From assembly GCA_965116795.1 (NCBI GenBank), contig OZ220716.1, forward strand, positions 874,503-938,502: a DNA stretch of 64,000 bases, written 5' to 3'. Each line of letters opens with the position of its first letter. The stretch's first letter is position 1. The translations under genes and the position numbers were made by a program. Positions 11,172-22,650 of the stretch are shown one piece after another. The notes below the pieces were generated by a model. That model was not told where the DNA came from, ran no database searches, and saw only the letters and a program-made list of their open reading frames with translations. Source of the stretch: Gammaproteobacteria bacterium (GTDB taxonomy: Bacteria; Pseudomonadota; Gammaproteobacteria; JAJFKG01).

Positions 11172-11200
11172 TTGCTGCCGGTTAGTGAATTTGGTATAAA
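11172..11200 (+). promoter_or_regulatory. Putative sigma70 promoter of rpmB-rpmG
   Basis: TTGCTG-17 bp-TATAAA upstream of rpmB. Confidence 0.5.
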
Positions 11201-11236
11201 GCCTGCCTTCGCCCAATATAATAGTGGAGAATTAGA

Positions 11237-11473
11237 ATGTCTAAGGTATGCCAAGTTACTGGCAAACGGCCTATGTCAGGCAATAATGTATCACACGCGA
11301 ATAACAGAACGCGGCGGCGCTTTTTGCCGAATTTGCATACCCATCGTTTTTGGGTGGATAGCGAAAAACGCTTTGTGAAATTGTTGGTAAGTGCCAAAGG
11401 TATGCGCTTAATTGATAAGCTTGGCATCGATACGGTGCTAACCAAGTTACGCGCCAAGGGTCAAAAGATATAG
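11237..11473 (+). CDS. rpmB: 50S ribosomal protein L28
   Basis: [33 protein letters not shown]. Confidence 0.98.
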   Translation: MSKVCQVTGKRPMSGNNVSHANNRTRRRFLPNLHTHRFWVDSEKRFVKLLVSAKGMRLIDKLGIDTVLTKLRAKGQKI

Positions 11474-11488
11474 GATTAAAGAACAAGT

Positions 11489-11671
11489 ATGGCAAGTATC
11501 AAAGTTAAAATGGTTTCTACTGCTGAAATCACCAAAAACGGTAAAACTCGTAAAACAGGTTACTACCGCACGACAAAAGTCAATCCACGTGCAGAAAAAA
11601 AGCTGGAAAAAATGATGTACGATCCTGTCGTACGCAAGCGTGCTGTATTCAAGCAAGGAAAAATCAAGTAA
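11489..11671 (+). CDS. rpmG: 50S ribosomal protein L33 (Cys-free type, with insertion)
   Basis: KVKMVSTA...TGYY.TT.....EKKLEKMMYDPVVRK..VFK.GKIK; follows rpmB. Confidence 0.93.
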   Translation: MASIKVKMVSTAEITKNGKTRKTGYYRTTKVNPRAEKKLEKMMYDPVVRKRAVFKQGKIK

Positions 11672-11815
11672 CGCACCACAGCATCTCTCCTCCGAATCCG
11701 TCATCAACTAGGTGGCGCAACATAGTTGATGACGGGCTTTATCTCGCATGTTAATTTACAAGTAATCGATCTATTCTTTGCCCCCTTTTATGAATACCGT
11801 TATGGGGAGGTATGT

Positions 11816-12640
11816 ATGCCTGAATTGCCTGAAGTGGAAATCACTCGTCGTGGTATTGCGCCATTGATCCGTGGCAAAACCATTACTGATGTCATTATCC
11901 GTCAATCACGATTGCGTTGGCCGATCCCGACCGATTTATCAGACCAACTCATTGGGGCCACTTGGCAAGCCGTTGAGCGTCGTGCCAAATATTTATTGCT
12001 CAGCACGCAACGTGGCACGCTGATTATTCATTTGGGGATGTCTGGTTGTTTAAGAGTACTTGGCGTAGACATTCCAGCAAAGAAACATGATCATGTGGAC
12101 ATTGTGTTAAATAATGAAATGATCATGCGTTACCACGATCCAAGACGTTTTGGTACCTTATTATGGACCACTCAATCACCTGCGCAGCATCCATTATTAC
12201 GTGATTTAGGTGTTGAACCGTTATCACGACAATTTACTGCAAAATATTTATATACTATTGCAAAAGTACGGCAGAAGGCGACAAAATCATTCATTATGGA
12301 TAATCGAATAGTCGTTGGTGTTGGGAACATTTATGCAACAGAGGCCTTATTTGCCAGTGGCTTACACCCAAATCGTCGCGCAGCAACATTGAGTTTGGCT
12401 GAATGTCACCAGCTGGTAATGAATATCAAATCAATTTTGCGTGCGGCTATTCGTCAAGGCGGTACTACCTTAAAAGATTTTTGCGGTGCTGATGGCAAAC
12501 CGGGTTATTTCTCACAGACACTGCAAGTCTATGGCCAACAAGGAAAGTTATGTCCATGTTGTGATGCAGTCATCCAAGCAATAACAATTGGTCAACGTAC
12601 CAGTGCGTTTTGTCCAAGTTGCCAGCCTATAACAAAGTAG
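11816..12640 (+). CDS. mutM: Formamidopyrimidine-DNA glycosylase
   Basis: MPELPEVE start, HLGMSG, DPRRFG, GVGNIYA, C-terminal zinc finger. Confidence 0.97.
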   Translation: MPELPEVEITRRGIAPLIRGKTITDVIIRQSRLRWPIPTDLSDQLIGATWQAVERRAKYLLLSTQRGTLIIHLGMSGCLRVLGVDIPAKKHDHVDIVLNNEMIMRYHDPRRFGTLLWTTQSPAQHPLLRDLGVEPLSRQFTAKYLYTIAKVRQKATKSFIMDNRIVVGVGNIYATEALFASGLHPNRRAATLSLAECHQLVMNIKSILRAAIRQGGTTLKDFCGADGKPGYFSQTLQVYGQQGKLCPCCDAVIQAITIGQRTSAFCPSCQPITK

Positions 12641-12682
12641 TAATCTGTGTATTACATTAACATATAGTTATGTTAGTGATGT

Positions 12683-14705
<2,023 letters not shown>

Positions 14706-15185
14706 TTACCTTTTTACTAATACTTGTTTGACTGCATTGGGTACAAATGCTGAAATATCACCGCCATAACTTACGATCTCACGCACTAATGAAGAAGAGA
14801 TATGGCAAGTTTGTGGTGAAGGTGGTAGAAACACTGTTTCTATGTTTGGTGCTAATGCGCGATTAGCATTCACCATTTGTAATTCATATTCAAAGTCTGA
14901 TACCACACGCAAACCACGAATAATCACTGATACGTGTTGTTGTTTAGCAAAGTCAACTAATAAAGTGTCGAACGTACACACACTAACATTAGGGAGTGTG
15001 GTCACCACTGTTTGCACAAGTTCACAACGTAGTTGAGTATCAAGTAATGTTGATTTGATGCGGTTATTGGCAACTGCCACAATCAATTTGGGGAATAGGC
15101 GACTTGCACGTTCAATAATATCGATGTGGCCATTGGTGATTGGATCAAATGTGCCTGGGTAAAGAGCAACAATCGGTGTTGACAT
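14706..15185 (-). CDS. coaD: Phosphopantetheine adenylyltransferase
   Basis: YPGTFDPITNGH, IRGLR.VSDFEYE, ISSSLVREI. Confidence 0.97.
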   Translation of the reverse strand: MSTPIVALYPGTFDPITNGHIDIIERASRLFPKLIVAVANNRIKSTLLDTQLRCELVQTVVTTLPNVSVCTFDTLLVDFAKQQHVSVIIRGLRVVSDFEYELQMVNANRALAPNIETVFLPPSPQTCHISSSLVREIVSYGGDISAFVPNAVKQVLVKR

Positions 15186-15281
15186 AGAGCTTTCCTTCAA
15201 CAAGCAAACGATTCTTATGTAAAAACACGATACACGATTCTAATATGAAAAAATAGATTCCGACATGGCTCACGAATCACC

Positions 15282-15332
15282 TTGCATTCATCACAGAAAT
15301 CTCACATAATTAGTACCAGATAGGTTCTAATT
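15282..15332 (+). promoter_or_regulatory. Putative suf promoter with overlapping palindromic operator
   Basis: TTGCAT-17 bp-CATAAT overlapped by aattagtacc-agata-ggttctaatt (1 mismatch). Confidence 0.55.
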
Positions 15333-15403
15333 GATTTTAATAAAAAATATGATGTTAATCAACGAGTTATGTATCTTTATCAACCAAATTAAAGGATTAA
15401 CCC

Positions 15404-15871
15404 ATGCTACGTATCAGTAAATTAGCCGATTATGGCACTGTTATTCTGACGCATATGGCAAAAACGCCGCAGACACGCATGGCCGCACCAAAATTGGCAG
15501 CTGCCACGTATATTTCAGTGCCAATGGTTAGCAAGATTTTAAAAATGCTTGCCAACGCCAATTTACTCACATCGACGCGTGGTGCTAATGGTGGATATGC
15601 ATTAGCGCTATCGCCTGAACAGATCGCAATCACCGATATTATTACTGCATTAGATGGTGACATGGCGCTAACAGCATGCACCAGTCATGATGAAAATTGT
15701 GATCTAAAAACAATTTGTCACATTCGTGCAAATTGGCAAGTGATTAATACAGCGATTTACCGTACGTTAAATGGCATTACCTTAGCTGATATGGTGATGC
15801 CAATGCCAGCAAATCAATTTATCGATACATCCGCATTAACTAATAAGTTAAACAAGAAAGGTAAGAGGTAA
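15404..15871 (+). CDS. SUF-system Rrf2-family Fe-S regulator
   Basis: MLRISKLADYG, STRGANGGY.LA, three Cys; first gene of the suf operon. Confidence 0.92.
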   Translation: MLRISKLADYGTVILTHMAKTPQTRMAAPKLAAATYISVPMVSKILKMLANANLLTSTRGANGGYALALSPEQIAITDIITALDGDMALTACTSHDENCDLKTICHIRANWQVINTAIYRTLNGITLADMVMPMPANQFIDTSALTNKLNKKGKR

Positions 15872-15877
15872 TATTAA

Positions 15878-17326
15878 ATGGCACGTGATAATGCACAGCT
15901 CGATCATATTCTCGATAAAGATTATGAACATGGTTTTGTGACTGATCTTGCCAGCGAAACCTTGCCACCTGGTTTAAATGAAGACGTTATTCGCCGTATT
16001 TCTGCTATAAAAAACGAACCCGACTTTATGTTGCAATGGCGTTTAAAAGCTTATCGACATTGGCTAACCATGCAAGAGCCACACTGGGCGCATTTACACT
16101 ATAGCCCAATCGATTATCAAGCCATTTCTTATTACTCTGCACCAAAGCAAGATAAAGATAGGCCACAAAGTTTAGATGAGGTTGATCCAGAATTATTGCG
16201 TACCTATGAAAAATTAGGGATCCCATTACAAGAGCAAGCTATGTTAGCAGGTGTGGCGGTTGATGCGGTATTTGATAGCGTATCGGTTGCCACAACGTTT
16301 AAAGATAAATTAGCAGAACATGGCATACTATTTTGTTCATTTTCAGAAGCAGTGCAGCAGTATCCTGAATTAGTTAAACAATACTTAGGCAGCGTCGTAC
16401 CGTATTCTGATAACTTCTTTGCAACACTAAATTCTGCAGTATTTACTGACGGGTCGTTTGTGTATATCCCTAAAGGGGTGCGTTGTCCAATGGAATTGTC
16501 TACCTATTTTCGTATTAATGCAGCGAATACCGGTCAATTTGAACGAACCCTGATCATTGCTGATGAAGGCAGTTATGTCAGTTATCTAGAAGGGTGTACT
16601 GCGCCGATGCGTGATGAAAATCAATTGCATGCGGCGGTAGTAGAGTTAGTTGCATTGAAGGATGCTGAAATTAAATATTCTACTGTGCAGAACTGGTATC
16701 CGGGTGATAAAGAAGGTAAAGGTGGTATTTTTAATTTTGTGACTAAACGCGGTGCATGTCGTGGTGATCATGCCAAAATTTCATGGACGCAAATTGAAAC
16801 AGGTTCGGCGATCACCTGGAAATATCCCAGTGTATTGCTGCAAGGTGATTATAGCGTCGGTGAATTTTACTCAGTTGCATTAACTAATCATTGTCAACAA
16901 GCCGATACGGGTACAAAGATGCTGCACATTGGTAAACATACTAAAAGCACGATCATTTCTAAAGGCATTTCAGCAGGCCGCGCACAAAATGCGTATCGTG
17001 GTTTGGTGAAAGTATTAAAAGGGGCAGAATGCGCACGTAATTACACCCAATGTGATTCACTATTACTCGGTGATCAATGTGGTGCACATACCTTTCCGTA
17101 TGTCGAAGTAAAAAATCCAACTGCTCAAGTTGAACATGAAGCGTCGACGTCCAAAATAGGTGAAGATCAATTATTTTATTGTCAACAACGTGGTATTGAT
17201 CCGGAAGATGCAGTCTCTATGATTGTTAATGGCTTTTGTAAGCAAGTTATTAAGAAATTGCCGATGGAATTTGCAGTAGAAGCACAGAAATTATTAGGTT
17301 TAAGTTTAGAAAATAGTGTAGGTTGA
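15878..17326 (+). CDS. sufB: Fe-S assembly protein SufB
   Basis: [43 protein letters not shown]. Confidence 0.98.
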   Translation: MARDNAQLDHILDKDYEHGFVTDLASETLPPGLNEDVIRRISAIKNEPDFMLQWRLKAYRHWLTMQEPHWAHLHYSPIDYQAISYYSAPKQDKDRPQSLDEVDPELLRTYEKLGIPLQEQAMLAGVAVDAVFDSVSVATTFKDKLAEHGILFCSFSEAVQQYPELVKQYLGSVVPYSDNFFATLNSAVFTDGSFVYIPKGVRCPMELSTYFRINAANTGQFERTLIIADEGSYVSYLEGCTAPMRDENQLHAAVVELVALKDAEIKYSTVQNWYPGDKEGKGGIFNFVTKRGACRGDHAKISWTQIETGSAITWKYPSVLLQGDYSVGEFYSVALTNHCQQADTGTKMLHIGKHTKSTIISKGISAGRAQNAYRGLVKVLKGAECARNYTQCDSLLLGDQCGAHTFPYVEVKNPTAQVEHEASTSKIGEDQLFYCQQRGIDPEDAVSMIVNGFCKQVIKKLPMEFAVEAQKLLGLSLENSVG

Positions 17327-17329
17327 GTT

Positions 17330-18076
17330 ATGTTAGCAATTAAACAATTACATGCGACCATTGGTGATAAACCGATTTTAAATGGGATCGATTTGCTGGT
17401 GAAGCCTGGTGAAGTCCATGCGATTATGGGACCTAATGGTTCTGGCAAAAGTACGTTGTCAAAGATCATTGCCGGGCACCCAGACTATACCGTGACTAAA
17501 GGCAGTATCACCTATCAAGGCCACGATTTATTAACCTTATCACCAGAAGAACGTGCACAACAAGGTGTTTTCCTTGCGTTTCAATACCCAATTGAAATTC
17601 CAGGCGTGTCTAACATTTATTTATTAAAAGCAGCGGTTAATGCAAAACGTCGTGCGCAAGGTGAGCCTGAAATCGATGCATTTGATTTCATGAAGCTGGT
17701 TAGGGAAAAATTAACATTAGTTAATATGGATGAAGCCTTTTTACATCGCGCAGTGAATGCAGGGTTTTCTGGCGGTGAGAAAAAACGTAATGAAATATTG
17801 CAAATGGCTTTATTAGAACCGGCATTAGCTGTTCTCGACGAAACGGATTCGGGTCTTGACATTGATGCACTGAAGATAGTTGCTGAAGGGGTTAATAAGT
17901 TAAAAGATCCTAAGCGCGCTACATTATTAATTACCCATTACCAACGTTTACTTAATTATATTGTGCCTGATCATGTGCACGTGTTAAGCCATGGTAAAAT
18001 TGTTCAATCAGGTGATGCCAGCTTAGCAAAAAAATTGGAAGAGAAGGGGTATGGTTGGGTGGAGCAGCAGGTATAG
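17330..18076 (+). CDS. sufC: Fe-S assembly ATPase SufC
   Basis: [39 protein letters not shown]. Confidence 0.98.
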   Translation: MLAIKQLHATIGDKPILNGIDLLVKPGEVHAIMGPNGSGKSTLSKIIAGHPDYTVTKGSITYQGHDLLTLSPEERAQQGVFLAFQYPIEIPGVSNIYLLKAAVNAKRRAQGEPEIDAFDFMKLVREKLTLVNMDEAFLHRAVNAGFSGGEKKRNEILQMALLEPALAVLDETDSGLDIDALKIVAEGVNKLKDPKRATLLITHYQRLLNYIVPDHVHVLSHGKIVQSGDASLAKKLEEKGYGWVEQQV

Positions 18077-18084
18077 TTAAAGCA

Positions 18085-19413
18085 ATGCAAGATACGACTA
18101 CTAATAACAATACAGTTATACAAAACTATCAACATGAGTTTGATAACATCATGCTGCCTGGTAAGGAATTATCATGGCTAGCACAAATCCGCCAACGTGG
18201 TTTTAATGAGTTTATTGCACAATCTTTCCCAACACGTAAGCAAGAAGATTGGAAATATACACGAACAACAGCGTTCACTGAACAACATTTTCCACTGAAT
18301 CAAGCGCCGCAATCAATCGAACATAAACAATTATCGCAACATACTATATTGTCTGAATTAGATTGTCATAGCATGGTATTTATTAATGGTGTATTTAATT
18401 TGGCATTGTCTACTATAAATGATTTACCTGAAACAGTTGTTTTGCAAGATTTGCCAACAGCATTGACCACAAACAACAGTGAGCTGAAACAACAATTAAT
18501 AACTAATTCACATGCCACTAAACCAAGCCAACATGGGTTTACTGCATTAAATACAGCACTAATGCATAATGGTACTTGTTTGGTTATTCCTGAGCAATGT
18601 GTGGTAGAAAAACCAATTCATGTTATTCACATAGTCGATCATAGTAATCATGCATCACATATTCGCAATGTAATTATGTTGGGTGCTAATAGTCAAGCAT
18701 GTGTTATTGAGCACTATATTGGTTTAAAAAACATTCCTTATTTTAACAATATTGTGACTGATATTAGCTTATCTGAACATGCTCGCTTAAGTCATTATAA
18801 GGTGATTCAAGAAAGTGATGCTGCATTGCATATCGCTAGCATACGCACCACTCAACAAGCCAATAGTGAGTTTGATAGTTTTTCATTAACATTAGATGGG
18901 CGTTTGGTGCGTAGTGATACCCATACATTACTACAAGCACCGAACAGTCAAGCAACATTAAATGGTTTATTTGTCGCGCAAGGTACACAGCATATTGACC
19001 ATCATACCTATATTGAACATGCTGCTAATAATACTAGGAGTAATGAACATTATCGTGGCATTTTAACTGATAAAGGACGCGGTGTGTTTAATGGACGAGT
19101 CTTTGTTAAGCCAGGCGCTACCGGCACTGATGCTAAACAACACAGTAATAATTTACTGTTAAGTCGAGATGCTGAAATTGATACTAAGCCACAGTTAGAA
19201 ATATTTACCGATGATGTAAAATGTACACATGGTGCAACAGTAGGCCAATTAGATCAGGATGCTTTGTTTTATTGTCAAGCACGTGGTGTTTCATTTGCTG
19301 ATGCAAAAGCCATGTTAACCTTTGCATTTGCGAGCCAATTACTTGAATCAATTGAACACACTGCTATTTGTGATGGCCTAACTAAGGCAGTATTAAGTCA
19401 ATTGCCCACTTAG
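18085..19413 (+). CDS. sufD: Fe-S assembly protein SufD
   Basis: FPTRKQEDWKYT, KPQLEIFTDDVKCTHGATVG. Confidence 0.95.
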   Translation: MQDTTTNNNTVIQNYQHEFDNIMLPGKELSWLAQIRQRGFNEFIAQSFPTRKQEDWKYTRTTAFTEQHFPLNQAPQSIEHKQLSQHTILSELDCHSMVFINGVFNLALSTINDLPETVVLQDLPTALTTNNSELKQQLITNSHATKPSQHGFTALNTALMHNGTCLVIPEQCVVEKPIHVIHIVDHSNHASHIRNVIMLGANSQACVIEHYIGLKNIPYFNNIVTDISLSEHARLSHYKVIQESDAALHIASIRTTQQANSEFDSFSLTLDGRLVRSDTHTLLQAPNSQATLNGLFVAQGTQHIDHHTYIEHAANNTRSNEHYRGILTDKGRGVFNGRVFVKPGATGTDAKQHSNNLLLSRDAEIDTKPQLEIFTDDVKCTHGATVGQLDQDALFYCQARGVSFADAKAMLTFAFASQLLESIEHTAICDGLTKAVLSQLPT

Positions 19414-19428
19414 CTTAGGATACATGCG

Positions 19429-20649
19429 ATGCTAACCATTGATAAAATACGACATGAGTTTCCTGCATTACAGCAAACGGTGCATGGCAAGCCATTAGTG
19501 TATTTAGACAGTGCAGCATCAGCACACAAGCCACAATCAGTCATCGATGCAGTGACTCAAGTATATAGTCGTGATTATTCTAATGTGCACCGCGGTGTAC
19601 ATACCTTAAGTGAGCGTGCAACGGCACAATTCGAAGCAGCACGCACAACCATTCAGCATTTTATTAATGCAAAACATGCACACGAAATTATTTTTGTACG
19701 TGGTACTACAGAGGCAATTAATTTAGTAGCGCAAAGTTATGGACGCCAACAACTTGATGAAAACAGCGAAATTTTAATTAGTGAAATGGAGCATCATGCC
19801 AATATCGTCCCATGGCAATTGTTGTGTGAACAAACTGGAGCAAAATTGGTTGTGATCCCAATTACCGATGCCGGTGAGATTGATCAAACCACTTTTAAAC
19901 GTTTAATCAACTCAAAAACAGCATTGTTAGCTATTACCCATATTTCCAATGCACTAGGTACCATGAATCCAATTAAACAGATGATTGCAACTGCACATGA
20001 TCATCATGTTCCCGTGTTAATTGATGGTGCACAAGGCATTGTCCATGATCGTGTAGATGTGCAAGCATTAGATTGTGATTTTTATACGTTTTCTGGGCAT
20101 AAGTGTTATGCCCCGACAGGAGTCGGTGTTTTATATGGTAAAACTGATTTTCTAAATGCAATGCCACCGTATCAAGGTGGTGGTGAAATGATTAGTAGTG
20201 TTACCTTTACTAATACAACGTACGCACCGTTACCACATAAATTTGAAGCGGGTACACCGCATATTGCAGGTGCCATTGGACTTGCAGCAGCCTGTGATTA
20301 TTTGAGTGAAATAGGGTTTGATACGATCACAACGTATGAAAATAAGTTACTCGATTATGCGACAACTGAATTAATGCGTGTTCCGGACTTACGTATTATT
20401 GGTACAGCAAACAATAAGGCTAGCATTATATCATTCGTGCTAGATAACATTCATGCCCATGATATTGGTACTATCTTAGATCATGCCGGCGTTGCTGTGC
20501 GCAGTGGACACCATTGTGCTATGCCATTAATGCAGCGTTATGCTGTTGCGGCAACTGTGCGAGCCTCATTAACATTTTACAATACACAAGCTGATGTTGA
20601 TGCATTAGTAACAGGGTTACATAAAGTGCGCGAGGTGTTTTCTCGATGA
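19429..20649 (+). CDS. sufS: Cysteine desulfurase SufS
   Basis: YLDSAAS, NVHRG, EHHANIVPW, SGHK, RSGHHCA. Confidence 0.97.
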   Translation: MLTIDKIRHEFPALQQTVHGKPLVYLDSAASAHKPQSVIDAVTQVYSRDYSNVHRGVHTLSERATAQFEAARTTIQHFINAKHAHEIIFVRGTTEAINLVAQSYGRQQLDENSEILISEMEHHANIVPWQLLCEQTGAKLVVIPITDAGEIDQTTFKRLINSKTALLAITHISNALGTMNPIKQMIATAHDHHVPVLIDGAQGIVHDRVDVQALDCDFYTFSGHKCYAPTGVGVLYGKTDFLNAMPPYQGGGEMISSVTFTNTTYAPLPHKFEAGTPHIAGAIGLAAACDYLSEIGFDTITTYENKLLDYATTELMRVPDLRIIGTANNKASIISFVLDNIHAHDIGTILDHAGVAVRSGHHCAMPLMQRYAVAATVRASLTFYNTQADVDALVTGLHKVREVFSR

Positions 20650-21128
20650 GCCAGGCCAATCCATATAATAATGTTGATGAATTTGACAATGTGTATGACT
20701 TATATCAAGAAGTGATTATCGATCACAGTCAACAGCCACATCATTTTCATGTGCTTAATCAAGCTACTCATCAAGCTGATGGTTATAATCCATTGTGTGG
20801 CGATAATCTAACGTTGTATTTGACTGTAAAAGATAATGTGATTACTGACGCAAGTTTTCAGGGACAAGGTTGTGCCATTTCAACGGCGTCAGCATCGTTA
20901 TTGACTGATAGTATTATTGGCAAGTCAAGTACAGAGGCGTTAGCCTTATTTGAAGCGTTTCACCGTTTAGTGACAACGGGTGAACAAACAAATACGGTAG
21001 ATTTGGGTAAACTGGTGATTTTAGCTGGAGTAAAAGCATACCCTGCTCGAGTAAAGTGTGCGACATTGGCTTGGCATACCTTGCAAGCAGCCTTGTCTAA
21101 AACGTCTGACGTGGCGACTACGGAATAG
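20646..21128 (+). CDS. sufU: SUF-system NifU/SufU-like protein
   Basis: LYQEVIIDH, NPLCGD, GCAISTAS, PARVKCATL.WH. Confidence 0.93.
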   Translation: MSQANPYNNVDEFDNVYDLYQEVIIDHSQQPHHFHVLNQATHQADGYNPLCGDNLTLYLTVKDNVITDASFQGQGCAISTASASLLTDSIIGKSSTEALALFEAFHRLVTTGEQTNTVDLGKLVILAGVKAYPARVKCATLAWHTLQAALSKTSDVATTE

Positions 21129-21132
21129 TACA

Positions 21133-21546
21133 ATGAAAGATGATGATCCAATTTGGAATGAATTCATGACAGATAAACAGAGTGTAGATGAGATACACTC
21201 ACCTACACAAGCAACCGTACCATTTACCCCAGAGATTAGTGATCATCCATTAAGCGATGAAGTGGTGACAACACTAAAGACGATTTATGATCCAGAAATC
21301 CCAGTTAATATTTATGATCTTGGGCTGATTTATAAAGTGATCATCGATGATCAAAACAATGTTCATATTGACATGACGTTGACGACACCGGGTTGTCCAG
21401 TTGCACAAACCTTCCCAGGACATATTTCACAAACAGTTGAAGCTGTTGAGGGCGTAAACACGGTCACTGTTGAAGTTGTATGGGACCCACCTTGGACCCA
21501 AGATTATATGAGCGAAGAAGCAAAATTGTTATTGGGTTTGTTGTAG
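21133..21546 (+). CDS. sufT: SufT/DUF59 Fe-S assembly protein
   Basis: IYDPEIPVNIYDLGLIY, MTLTTPGCPVA, VWDPPW; ATG 21133 preferred. Confidence 0.9.
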   Translation: MKDDDPIWNEFMTDKQSVDEIHSPTQATVPFTPEISDHPLSDEVVTTLKTIYDPEIPVNIYDLGLIYKVIIDDQNNVHIDMTLTTPGCPVAQTFPGHISQTVEAVEGVNTVTVEVVWDPPWTQDYMSEEAKLLLGLL

Positions 21547-21598
21547 ATTTTATGGTTATTCACTGTCTGTTTTTACTGCTATATAATCGCTAAATCAA

Positions 21599-21896
21599 TT
21601 ACTTTTTTTCACTTTCAAAAAATACTTTTAACACATCAAGTACAACATCTCGTGAAAAATGTTCGGGGATAGGTTTTCCTTCTCTGAGTAACTGACGTAA
21701 TACAGCGCTAGATACACTGATATGATCAGCATCACTGTGTGGGCAATCATGATCTGTTGCCATGCCATCACATTGATTGCACCAAAAAACAGAATTTAAG
21801 AAAAGTGGTTTGATTGCCAATGTATTTTGTGGGATTTTAGGTTAATTGGGTTGGAAGTAACATATTTGCCTGGTACGGTGGAACAAGTACTGTCAT
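21599..21896 (-). pseudogene. sat: Sulfate adenylyltransferase remnant: about 19 N-terminal codons joined out of frame to about 80 C-terminal codons
   Basis: ATG 21896 gives MTVLVPPYQANMLLPTQLT* (Sat-like LVPP start); another frame gives KIPQNTLAIKPL...FWCNQCDGMA...CPH...SSAVLRQLLREGKPIPEHFSR.VVL (Sat C-terminus); catalytic core absent. Confidence 0.8.
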
Positions 21897-21922
21897 TTAT
21901 GATAACTCTCTTACATGTAAGA

Positions 21923-22049
21923 TATACTCTTCTCGTTTTAAATTTAGGCTTTGTTGGCTGCGTCTTCTCACAAAAGTCATGTATTTCAATACACTCCTTT
22001 TGATTCGAAGACTTGCCGCCTCGCCTAAATTCAAAACACTTTGAGTATA
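21923..22049. mobile_element. ERIC-like palindromic element (127 bp) overlapping the cysC 3' end
   Basis: TATACTC...GAGTATA ends; internal GTTGGCTGCG, AGTCA, CTCCT, TTGCCGCC; homologous to 30361-30486. Confidence 0.85.
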
Positions 22050-22630
22050 TTATTTGCTGTTAGCAAATCAATGATCGCTTGTGCGCAGGCTTCTGGTGTT
22101 TGTTTATCTGTACGCAAATGCAAATCTGGATTTTTTGGTTCTTCATAAGGATCATCAATACCAGTAAACTGTTTAACTTCACCGTTCATCGCTTTTTTGT
22201 ATAGCCCTTTTGGATCACGTCGTTTACACACTGCTAACGATGCATCAATAAAACATTCAAAAAAGGGGAGTTCGGCTGTTTGATGTAATTCACGTACCCA
22301 TTGTCTATCTGCTTTATAAGGCGATATAAAACTCATAATAATGATAACCCCAGCACTAGTGAACAACTTGGCAACTTCACCACAGCGACGAATGTTTTCA
22401 CTTCTATCCACTGCAGAAAAACCCAAATCACGGCATAAACCTTCACGGATCTTATCGCTATCTAATATGAATGGTATGGCACCTTGAGCAAATAGTAAGT
22501 GTTCAAGGTGCCGTGCAATGGTTGATTTACCCGCTGCACTTAATCCAGTTAACCATAGTGTACAACCACGTTGCTCTAAGCGGGCATAACGTAATGTGTT
22601 GCTAACAGGTTGGATTAAATTTTCCTGCAT
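22031..22630 (-). CDS. cysC: Adenylyl-sulfate (APS) kinase
   Basis: WLTGLSAAGKST, DLGFS..DRSENIRR, SFISPY, RDPKGLYKKA, FTGIDDPYEEP. Confidence 0.95.
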   Translation of the reverse strand: MQENLIQPVSNTLRYARLEQRGCTLWLTGLSAAGKSTIARHLEHLLFAQGAIPFILDSDKIREGLCRDLGFSAVDRSENIRRCGEVAKLFTSAGVIIIMSFISPYKADRQWVRELHQTAELPFFECFIDASLAVCKRRDPKGLYKKAMNGEVKQFTGIDDPYEEPKNPDLHLRTDKQTPEACAQAIIDLLTANNILKVF

Positions 22631-22650
22631 TAGATGTGCCTTATTATTTA

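Noticed and set aside
21909-21922. Perfect 14-bp palindrome tcttacatgtaaga as a response-regulator box
   Set aside because: Explained as former cysC coding sequence (ILHVR); arrangement does not fit the TGTAAG-N6-CTTACA GacA box
21599-22630. Ancestral CysC-Sat fusion like animal PAPS synthase
   Set aside because: The reconstructed sequence has a stop codon and a separate SD/ATG between the two genes
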